Origin: Podarcis pityusensis
Taxonomy: Eukaryota
DNA length: 64,000 nt
Strand: one strand, 5' to 3'
Assembly (NCBI GenBank): GCA_964106645.2
Contig: OZ067041.1
The position numbers were made by a program, and so were the translations under genes. The notes under the pieces were generated by a model. That model saw only the letters and a program-made list of their open reading frames with translations, was not told where the DNA came from and made no database searches. Positions 52,001 through 61,965 of the stretch are shown here, one piece after another; the first letter of the stretch is position 1, and each line of letters opens with the position of its first letter.

Positions 52001-52124
52001 TATTAAAACTACTTATCCCTCTTCCCTCCTGACAGAAGATGCTGCAGTTGAGCTTCCTACAATATTTAAACTAACAATGTTTATTTTCTCCCCACAGAAG
52101 TTGCAGAAGTTGAGCTTCCTATAA
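52001..52124 (+). repeat. 62-bp tandem duplication spanning the exon 24 splice acceptor
   Basis: Ungapped alignment of 52001-52062 with 52063-52124; both copies carry acAG|AAG.TGC.G.AGTTGAGCTTCCTA. Confidence 0.88.
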
Positions 52125-52291
52125 AGTTTTTGCCTAAGTATCCTGGCCGATATCCTTGTAAGATTCTTCTTCAGTCGAAGTATGATGTCCGACTCTTTCA
52201 TATAGAATGTGTGGTGAATACAAATACTGCCGAGGCTGAGCTAGAGTTTGTCACTCCAGCATATCAAGCAGTGACTCAAGACATTCCAATA
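52098..52291 (+). CDS. CFAP47: CFAP47 exon 24: VAEVELPIKFLPKYPGRYPCKILLQSKYDVRLFHIEC...TPAYQAVTQDIPI
   Basis: CTAAC branch point + ttattttctccccacAG acceptor; ATA|GTATGT donor; phase 1/0. Confidence 0.92.
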
Positions 52292-53078
52292 GTATGTCCA
52301 TTTAGCTTCATCCAGGATTTAAATAAGGCTGGTCGCTACTGGGTTAAAACTGCTGACTGAACAAACACATAAATATGTGTATAAATAGATGGAAAGCAGG
52401 GATGAGAGTTCTTCCTGCATTAAGTTAATCTTTACACAGATTACCTTCTATATTTCTTGGCCACAAATGTATTATTATACTAAAAATGGTAGAAAAAGAC
52501 ATAGGCTTATCTTAAAATAAGTTAGCTCAAGGAAGTTATAGAAGGGAAGTTTTCCATCCCTTTCTCTCCCCTTCCCTGCCACCTGTGCACTCTTCAAGCC
52601 ACTCTGGAAAGTTGGGATGAGTCCTCCTGAGAAATGGGGAATGTTGAGCTGCTGATAGAGAATGCCTCCAAACTGGGCAAACCTCTGATTGATTTGGGGT
52701 CATTTATGTTGAGAACCACCCTAAGATCTTCAATGAAGGGTGGTATATAAATTTAATAAAATGGATTAATAAATTTACCCTTCCTCCAGCAGCCTCCAAT
52801 ATCCCACATTGTTTAAGAGGGCTCCTTTAACTCCCACTCTCAAGAGGATTTTCAGAAGACACTGGTGGCTACAGCGGGGAGAAGGAGGGGAAAGCTTTCT
52901 TCTGAGATCTCCCATCAGTTAACATTTCTTAAGAGACAGTACTAAATAACTGTATAGATCATGTGCTTATATTAAAAACCTATATTTCCCATGAGGACTT
53001 CTGCTTCACCCCTTCATCCTTCATCACTGATATTCATTGTACTTTTAGATATTTCATTTGGATTCCCTTCTGTTTCAG

Positions 53079-53222
53079 ACTAACATGAGTCAACAAGATT
53101 GGAAACTTAAAGCTCATTTAAAAGGATGCTGTTTTTATGGTCCCCCGCTTATATATGTTGCCCCAGGTGAAACAACTCCATACACCCTCATGTTTAAGCC
53201 AACTTCCGAATGTGTAATTACG
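53079..53222 (+). CDS. CFAP47: CFAP47 exon 25: TNMSQQDWKLKAHLKGCCFYGPPLIYVAPGETTPYTLMFKPTSECVIT
   Basis: cccttctgtttcAG acceptor; ACG|GTAGGA donor; phase 0/0. Confidence 0.92.
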
Positions 53223-54589
53223 GTAGGATAACAAAACACATTTTTTTCTTGTTTGATTAGCTTTTCTACATTTAATGAGAACTGGTATAGCTGTGGAATT
53301 TATAAGTTCTTATAATGCAAGGGTATCTGTAAACATAATACTAACAGCATAGAAATGACATTGTAAATGTGGTGACTCCAAAACATTCCAAAGTAATGTG
53401 GAAATGTGCCCATAAGCAAAAATGAACTAAGCATGTAAAGAGCTGAAGACTTTAAATAATGCCCTCTATAGTTATATCTATGTATGATTATTCTTGCTAC
53501 TGTAAGCCTACCGGGCATGATCTATGCATGGAGTGACTGTGCCTGATAGTGTGTGTAGTCAATGGGTATGGTGGAGTCATGTCTCCCCATCGTTGAAGGA
53601 AGGAGAAGTGGAGGCCTTTAAAAGGCCACACACACAAGAGTTGGGGCCATTTTGCCCCATGAGCTTCCCACTCACCCACCTCTCCGTGTTAGTATCTCAC
53701 TGGACTACTTGGGTCACTGACTGATGGGGCTAGAAAGTAACGTTTTCTTCCCAACCTCAGTTGGCCCTTGCATGTGTTTCTTCCTCACCTTTCCCTCATT
53801 GAACTAAGGCATTGTGTTATTCATAGGAGAACACCTGTTACTACTTGGGAGCAAAAATGGCATTGGGCAGGATCGGCATAGTAAAAGAGGCCTTCATAAG
53901 GGTTTTGAGGGAAGGATTGGCTAAGGCACAGCCTAAGCTCAGGTTAGAGCCTCTGACTGGCTGGATTCAGCCTAGTCGTCCAGTGAAACCCTGGATGCTT
54001 GACTTGCCATGACAGGGTTTGACACATAATGTACATAGCCATGGAGGGGGTTTGGGTATTTCCCAATCCTGACAGAATGGCATTCCATCAGAAGGGTCTG
54101 AGTGGAATGAGGAACTGACTCTTGCCCTCCTGCCATGCCAACCTCACTTCCTGCTGTAGTCAGTAAAGATTTGGCCTGATCTCACCTAACACCCGCGTCT
54201 TATCAAGGTTATTTCACCTCTTTCACAGGGCCACAGATTGCATCTGGCTGGGTAACTTGACACCCACAATGCATCTCACTGATACTTGTAGATGATAGCT
54301 GCCTAGCTATTCATAACTTTTCTAATTTATGCCAGACCAATGAACTGTTTTGTTAAAAGGAAATAATTTGGACTCCGTATGGCTGATTTATTTAGAATAA
54401 GCAGCCAGGTTATTGCATTGTATGATAGTGTATGGTTTGTCTTGTGCAGTGGCAGTAATTGCCAAATTGATATATAGATTGTGAAGAGTGTACATTTGGC
54501 TCAGATGCCCTACTGCTTCTGTATTTGTTTGCTTACTTTTTACATTTTAATGTTCTTTCTGCAAGTCACTCAGGGGGGTGTACATGATA

Positions 54590-55210
54590 TGTTCATTTGC
54601 TTATTTAATGGATTTATAGACCACTAGGGCTATGGCCTGACAAAGTAGTGTATGCAGTAGAGATGATACACAAAAAGGTAGACACATCATGTGGTATAAA
54701 TCATCATAAAGAAGCACCTACATTTTGTAAGTATGACGTAATACCCTCCCCCATATATAAAACAAAATTGCTCCGAATCATATAGCTGAAAACACATTGA
54801 GGAAAGAGATTAAGGAAATATATAGCTTGAAATAGATGTTTAAGGCCCACTTGAATTCCTGTACTGAAGGAACTAAGCATAAGTCATTCAGTAATAATTA
54901 AATGATGGGGCCACCACCAAGAAACCCCTGTGCTTATCAAACAAACTGATTTTACTGGTAGGCACACGAGCAGGACCCCCAAAGCTGTTTGTATTGAACA
55001 GACTGGTCCTTTAGATAACTTGTATACCCAAGCTGTTAAGAGTTTTAATGGTTAGCACTAGCATTTTGAATTGGGCCTGAAATGGCACTTGTAGCAAATT
55101 GAAACGGTGCAACATTGGTATCACATGTTCTGACTTTACAACTTGCATCCATGCAACTGTATCCTGCCCTCACTGAAGTTTCTGAATAGTCTTCAAGGCA
55201 GCTCTGTGTA
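54590..55210 (-). mobile_element. Degraded L2 LINE fragment
   Basis: gggccaccaccaagaaaccc...ttagcactagcattttgaattgggcc...gtcttcaaggcagc matches the reverse L2 C-terminus. Confidence 0.65.
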
Positions 55211-55314
55211 ATTCTTCATCCCACTAGCACATTCAGGTCTCATTTCGAGTGGACTCTGAAGTTTTGCAGAAATATTTGCACCCCGCTGAATGTTCATTTC
55301 TTTCACTATCATAG

Positions 55315-55488
55315 GGGAAACTCATTTTGCAAAATGAAGCAGATGGCACAGATCATGTCTTTGTTCTGAAGGGGATTGCAACAAAACCTCTGGCGCTGGA
55401 TTATCTTGCGATAGAGTGCCGAGTTAGAGAGATTACACAGAAGCTCATAATGGTACCCAATTTTACCAATGAGGAATTGCACTACAAG
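55315..55488 (+). CDS. CFAP47: CFAP47 exon 26: GKLILQNEADGTDHVFVLKGIATKPLALD...PNFTNEELHYK
   Basis: tttctttcactatcatAG acceptor; AAG|GTAAAA donor; phase 0/0. Confidence 0.92.
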
Positions 55489-55699
55489 GTAAAATTGTGC
55501 AGGTTTGAATACAAATTTGAGTGAAAGTAACAGCAGTTCTCTGCCTAATGCATGTATTGTTATGATTTACTAGAACATTTGCTATCCCACTCATCATTAT
55601 GAAGGCTATCTGAGTGGCAGATGATACCAGAGTCATCTTGTCCTCCCTTCATTTGAAAATGTCATATTCATATTGGAAAGGTTTACCACTGCAAAATTA

Positions 55700-55958
55700 C
55701 CGTATTTTTCGCTCTATAAGACGCACCATACCACAAGACGCACCTAGTTTTTGGAGGAGGGAAACAAGGAAAAAAATATTCTGAATCTCAGAAGCCAGAA
55801 CAGCAAGAGGGATTGCTGCACAGTGAAACCCACAATCCCTCTTGCTGTTCTGGCTTCTGTGATAGTTGTGCAGCCTGCATTCGCTCCATAAGACGCACAC
55901 ACATTTCCCCTTACTTTTTAGGAGGGAAAAAGTGAGTCTTATAGAGCAAAAAATACGG
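55700..55958. mobile_element. Tc1/mariner (Tc2/pogo-like) MITE, 259 bp
   Basis: 23-bp TIRs CCGTATTTTTCGCTCTATAAGAC / GTCTTATAGAGCAAAAAATACGG (1 mismatch); TA on both sides. Confidence 0.9.
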
Positions 55959-56229
55959 TACTAAAAATGAGTGATGTTTAAATTGTTCCTGATGGTTTCC
56001 CCCTGCCCAGTGTTAATTTTTTTTAAAAAAAATACTTCCACCATTACTTTAATTCAGTGAAGTATTACAAGTGAATTGTAAGCACCAGTTTTTCCACAAC
56101 AAATTGAGATACACTAGAGACCTTCAGCCAATGATATGGCTAGTTAATTTAAACCAGTTGGTGGTGTTCAGATGCTGCTCTTTTGCCACATGGCCTGGTC
56201 CTCCATTCTCCATAGTAGCAGGTTCTTTG

Positions 56230-56915
56230 TTTGTTTGTTTAATTAATTAATTAATTAATTAATATACCGCCCTCTACCCAGAGGTCTCAGGGTGGTTCAC
56301 CCACATTTTAAAAGGGCATAGGATGTCAATCAAATCAGCCAAAGGCCTGGTTGAAAAGGAACGTTTTTGCCTGGCTCCTAAAAGTGTATAATGAAGGCGC
56401 TAGGCAAGCTTTCCTGGGGAGTACATTCCACAGACAGGGAGCCACTGCAGAGAAGGCCTGCTCTTGTGTTGCCACCCTCCACACCTCTCAAGGAGGAGGC
56501 ACACATAGAAAGGCCTCAGAAGATGATCCCGTGGTTGTGGTTTTATATTTTGATTTTGTTCTGTGAACCATGCTTAACAGTATGGGGGATGAAATCATAC
56601 CCTGAGGAACCCTACATTGAAGCCTCCATGGGGCTAAAGAGCACTCCCCAAGCATCACCCTTTGGAAATGACTATCCAAGTAGGATGAGAACACCACAAA
56701 GTGGTGCCACTCACCCCTAAATCGGAGCAGCCACTCCAGAAGGATACTATGGTTGATGGTATTGAAAACTGTGGAGAGGTCAAGGAGAATTAACAGGACA
56801 CATTTCCCCCTCTCTCTCCCAACACAGGTCATCATATAGGGCGACTAAAACCAGGCCTAAACCCTGATTCAAATGGATCTAGAAAATCAGTTTCATCCAA
56901 GAGTGCCTCTTCCAA
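56230..56915 (-). mobile_element. L2 LINE fragments (3' end and RT core)
   Basis: ORF 56488-56835 LLILLDLSTVFNTINHSILL...FSSYL...QRV...VPQG is L2 RT domains 3-4; the L2 3' end and (TTAA)n lie at 56230-56525. Confidence 0.82.
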
Positions 56916-58504
56916 CAAAACACTTTAAATAATTTCCCCTTCACTCCTGTTTCATTTTTATATTTTTATTAGGTATATAATATGTGATGACATCTGTTAA
57001 AATATAACATGTGCTCCTTATCCAGATTCATCAAATTTGGCATGCTAGAAATGCAAATAGAGCACACAATGAAAATTTCCCCTTTTATTTTGACATTTTA
57101 AAACTTTGTGGTAATAGCATGTTAGAGGCACACTTTGTATAGCTAGCAAGCTGTAACAATTTATAGCCGTCTTAATATTTTGGATTTTATATTGGCATTC
57201 ATGCTCTTTTTTATGAGATATATGAAGCCATTAATTTAATACTACTGCCATTTCATTAAAAAGTTAATTATGTCATGCATATGTTCCTAAGGTTACAAAC
57301 AAACTACAATGCACCTGATCTGTATGGAATAAGTTCACGTAATTCTCAAATGGTACAACAAACTCTTTGCAGGGTGGCTATTTCCAGCAGTAGTTTATAA
57401 AATTAAATTCTGTGAATTATATACTTTTAAACCTTTACATATTTTGGTGATATAAAGTATGATTTGCAGGGAAAATAGAGATGATTGAAGATTTGAAGTC
57501 TTCCTAGTAATGAAAAATAGTTATGAAAAACATTTGTTAAATGAAGGTAAAAAATTATTGGACCTCTGGTTCACAGGTTTGCTACTCACATATATGTACA
57601 CACTTGCAGTGAAAATAATTAATTAGTGGATAGCCAGCAACAATGGAAAGCTTCAGTGAGATTCTGTTATGACAACAGTTTAACCTGGAGGACTAACCAC
57701 TTGTATGTTGAACCCTTGATCTTCATGGCTTATTAAATCTAGCAGGGAAGAAATATCCAGCTGGGTCCAGAAGGTTGTAAATGCCCACTCGAAAGAGGAA
57801 GTGGTTGCAGATTATTTAAAAGAAGTGACAAATTGTGTCACTTCTTTTAAAAGAAGTGAAATTATTTAACAAATAAAGCAAGAACTACTGGAATGGAATG
57901 AAAAATGTCCCTACCTTGTACCCTTGCTTTTTCATATACCATTATCATTCTGTTGTTATTCTTTCATTTTCTTACCTGTACTTCACCATAAAGCGAACTT
58001 TTAAAGATCTGGCACATCTGTTTCCCTACTTCTTCCTGTTCTCCTAACTCTTTTATTTTTGTGGTGAATTAATAAAAACAACTGATATATACATTTCATC
58101 CTGTCTGGAAACCATGCCTTTTGGCCTGTTGACATTTGAGATGCTGGCATAGTCCTCAACTAAGGTCCCCAATCTTCTCTACAGAATGAGGGACAATCCT
58201 CTGAAGAACTCACCAGAGATCAAAGCATCCTCGTGTAAAGTTAAAATATGTGCCCCACCCCCTTAAAATATATTTCATGCACTCTCATTCCCAGATCTCC
58301 AGCAGGTTAATATGAACAGTAGCTGTTCTATGCATTCACATGTTCACCAAGCATTTTTTACTGATGTTTTTATATTGCTTGCTCTTTTTCATTGTTTTCT
58401 TTTGTTGCATTGTCTTAATGTGCAGTTTTGTGATAATTATATTGTGCTTTCTTTGACACAAGCTGCTCTAAGTGCTTGGAGAAGGATATAAATTTATTAT
58501 TATT

Positions 58505-58625
58505 ATAAAAATACATTTATATCCGACCTTTTGCTCAAGAAGCTCAGCATGGTGTAATGATTCCACCACCCTTCCAATGTATCCTCACAGTAACCCTGAG
58601 AGAGAGGTTAGGCTGAGAAGACACC
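58505..58625 (-). mobile_element. CORE SINE 3' fragment (family of 7298-7510)
   Basis: tttatatccgacctttt...atcctcacagtaaccctg...aggttaggctgaga. Confidence 0.55.
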
Positions 58626-60689
58626 ACACTGGCTCTCGTACAAATTATAATATTAGACCCTTGTGGTATAGTGCCAGGGTTAAGTGGCTTCCACACAACT
58701 TTGTATGTATGTGAAGGAGTCTTTAAGAGCCTGCCTCAGCACTTTTGCTAGACAGAATGTGTGCCCTATGAAATTAAGTTTGTGTGTGATGCCGGAGCCA
58801 TTAAAAACAGGTTGTGAAATAGAATCCTTATTCTGTTATTACTTATTACTTATTTATGAAGAATATATATATATATATAGATCACTTATTCAGATTTTCT
58901 TGATTAAGAGTTTTTTTGCTTCACTTGCTAACTCCTGCATAAGATGCAATTCCACTGTAATGCATGTTATTTCCATTAAGATACATACTTTTATGCACAC
59001 CCTAGCACATGCATTTTTGTGCATATTACTTGGGTAGAGAAGAGCACTGCGAAATTCAGACAAGTTTGAATTTTGAAGGATGGTTCTGCTTCAGTTCTTC
59101 TGTTGCTTCAGAAATCACAAAGTAGGTAGGTTCCCCTATACATTGTGAACCAAATAAAACTTCTCTTCCATCTCTATTCCCTGCTGGAGAGGAGGGATTT
59201 GAACCAGCCTTGTGGGGTGCAGAGGTGATTATTGGTAGGGCAGAGGTGGAGGCTGTTGGCTGCATTGAAAGACTCCATAGGCCAGGACTAGCCCAAATTT
59301 CTCCTCCCTGTTTTAGATTGCTCATTTAGCAATAGTCAGTTGTTAATCTCTTCTTTTCCTCTAATCTGTTCAGAGCTGGTGATATTATACACACCCTGAA
59401 ATTTTTTTAATCAGCATACACAATGTTTTCGTTGGTTTAAAAATTCTAGAAAATATTGTGAAGCAATATATATACTTTTAAAAAATCCCTCAAACTATTT
59501 TTATATTTAATTTTTCCTTCTCTGTGCGCAGCTGATGCCAGTGGTGAGGTGAAGGCCCCATGTTGTCAACAGCAGCTCTCAGCTGAGCCTGGGAGAATTT
59601 GGCTCCTTTCCTTATTGCTGTCTGCTAAAAGAAGCAGGCACTGGTTTCTCCTCTTGTCAGTAGCTGTGTGAAAAGCAGAGGAGATATGCACAAATATTCA
59701 ATCCCCCTAATGCTTTAAATATAGTTAAATGTATTGTTGATATTTAACCACACTAGAGCCTTAATGAAATCTGAGATTAATGGTTGAGCATTGTTCCTAT
59801 TCCCAGGTAGATACCACCCTAGTATCTGATTGGTTTATCTTTACTTTACTTTACTTTACTTTACTCAATCTCACTCCAGCACATTTCCCCTGCATTTCAT
59901 CTCATGTTTCCTTCTTAGGCAGAATTGCCTTGTTAACATAGCTCCTTAGATGAAGAGTTAACCATCACTCCCCTTCCCCGTATCCACAGGGGGTTAGGAT
60001 GGGGCAGAGATGCCTCTGTGCTGGTGGTGGCATCTGTTGTCAAGGCAGAAAGCTCCATAGATGGTTCCATTGCCAGTGGTAGGCCTCAAAAGGTGTATTC
60101 TAGAGACAAGATGATGATGGGGCAGAAACAGCCTTGGATCTGCTGGATCCAAAGTCTCTTTATTGCTGTGATAGGAAATGGGATTGGGCTTATTACCTAT
60201 GCCAACCAGGAGCTGGTGTGGGTAATTGCCTATAACATTTGTTTCAATGGACAGGATTCCCTCCATCCCTACACTCAAAGAATGCTCGGGTGAAAATAAA
60301 TATATTACTCATCCCTACCTCCCACCCTGGCCAGCACATCTAGGAGATAGGCAGGGGTGAATTTGTGTAAAATGGCAGGCTAAGTGTTTAGTGAACGTGG
60401 CACAAAACAGAGGTCCTGATTTTCAGTAGCTGGTCAGAAGGAATCTTTCAAGGAGTTAATGTACCTTCACTTGATTAATAGTACCAAATTTTAACTCTGA
60501 TACATTTGAAAGAGCACAGCAGAAAGTGTTCCCTTCATTCTATAGTCAATTAAGCACTGTAGGAAAGATTAAGAGAAATGTAGTAATATTTGTACTTGAA
60601 CTCACTGCTAAGAGCTACGTTTTCGACATTATCTTGACAGTGCTGCCTTTGCCTTTGTTGCTTTTGCTGCTGCTTTTTTGTCATACTAG

Positions 60690-60801
60690 GTATCTTCAGA
60701 TCTTCCAATTGTCAGTGGTGACCCAATTCTCACCGTAGAACCTGGTGACACAGCTGCATATACTCTGACTGTATTCCCATGGAAACGCGGAAAATTTCAA
60801 G
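60690..60801 (+). CDS. CFAP47: CFAP47 exon 27: VSSDLPIVSGDPILTVEPGDTAAYTLTVFPWKRGKFQ
   Basis: tttttgtcatactAG acceptor; G|GTAGGT donor; phase 0/1. Confidence 0.92.
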
Positions 60802-61420
60802 GTAGGTTTTAACCTAGTGCTACATTGTAAGTATGAGATAATTACCGCATGATTCCACAAGACACAGCTAACTGCTAATGAAATTATGCATCACTGACCT
60901 CTGTTTTTTCAAAGTATCAATTAGAAAAGTTTTTTTCCTTCCTCAACAATCCACTTTTAATAACATTGCAATTCAAAATCTAAGCTCTACCTAGATTTAT
61001 CCTAATTCAAAGGCAATTTGAATTTTCACTTTCCTGAAGGAATGTTGAACTAGTCTAGGATTGTGCCATTTGTGCCAATTTGTCTTTGACTACAAGCCAA
61101 AGAAAGAAGAGAGCATGCTCAGAGTGAAGGCTTTCTCTGCTGTTTTTGCTACAGTTATCGTAGCTAAAGAGGCATTTCACTGATTAAACAACACAATAAC
61201 CTATTAAAGGGCTGCTCCTTCAGCAGCTGAGCACAGGGATTTGTTTTGAGTATCATAACTGAGCTGAACTCACAGTCCTTCCATACAAAAATCCTATTCC
61301 TGGTAGCCCCAAGATTTCCTTACTTGAGCAGTCTAATTTAGTGAGGAGGTCTTAATTTGTTCGTGCTGTTATGAAACTTGGGAGTCAGAAATCCTTGCCA
61401 ACCTATTGCAAGGTATCAAT

Positions 61421-61620
61421 NNNNNNNNNNNNNNNNNNNNNNNNNNNNNNNNNNNNNNNNNNNNNNNNNNNNNNNNNNNNNNNNNNNNNNNNNNNNNNNN
61501 NNNNNNNNNNNNNNNNNNNNNNNNNNNNNNNNNNNNNNNNNNNNNNNNNNNNNNNNNNNNNNNNNNNNNNNNNNNNNNNNNNNNNNNNNNNNNNNNNNNN
61601 NNNNNNNNNNNNNNNNNNNN
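61421..61620. other. Assembly gap (200 N)
   Basis: Run of N; the round length suggests a placeholder of unknown true size. Confidence 0.99.
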
Positions 61621-61867
61621 TGGCAAACTTAATATTTCAGGGTGAATGTGGGTTTCATTTTAAAAAATACAACAATTGCACAGAGCTAGTGCAAGGCTTT
61701 GCATGCCCCTAAGTTGCAATTTGGATCCAAGGCTATAGAATTTAGATATTAAGGGGCATAAGTGCTTTCCATACAGGAAATGATTTCATCTCTGCATTAA
61801 GTCTTCAGTTAATACTCAAGATTCATTGTGTTTTCCCCCTGCCCTCCTTGTTTCTTGACCTGTTTAG

Positions 61868-61965
61868 GACAAAGTCCACCATACAGCAAAGTCTGGTTTT
61901 CCCTGGAAATCAATTGTATACCAGCTGCACCAGAAAAAACTATACATGTTGAATGCGCTGTTCTG
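61868..61965 (+). CDS. CFAP47: CFAP47 exon 28: QSPPYSKVWFSLEINCIPAAPEKTIHVECAVL
   Basis: cttgacctgtttAG acceptor; CTG|GTAAGA donor; phase 1/0. Confidence 0.88.

Larger units (their letters stand above)
24..61965 (+). other. CFAP47: CFAP47 gene, internal portion (28 coding exons; gene extends beyond both window edges)
   Basis: Chain of AG/GT-bounded, phase-compatible exons with no in-frame stop. Peptides such as FEAMSKRAWTDVLLQIYK, RWIVNFDKDLLDGLVLAAQV, PGRYPCKILLQSKYDVR, GKLILQNEADG and VFPWKRG match my recollection of vertebrate CFAP47. Confidence 0.93.

Noticed and set aside
52036-52291. Exon 24 starting at the upstream duplicated acceptor as the main isoform
   Set aside because: Frameshifts to TAA at 52122-52124; kept only as a candidate unproductive site.
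53715-53745. CTGATGG...GAAA as a hammerhead ribozyme core
   Set aside because: The core is not CTGANGA and I could not find the three flanking stems.
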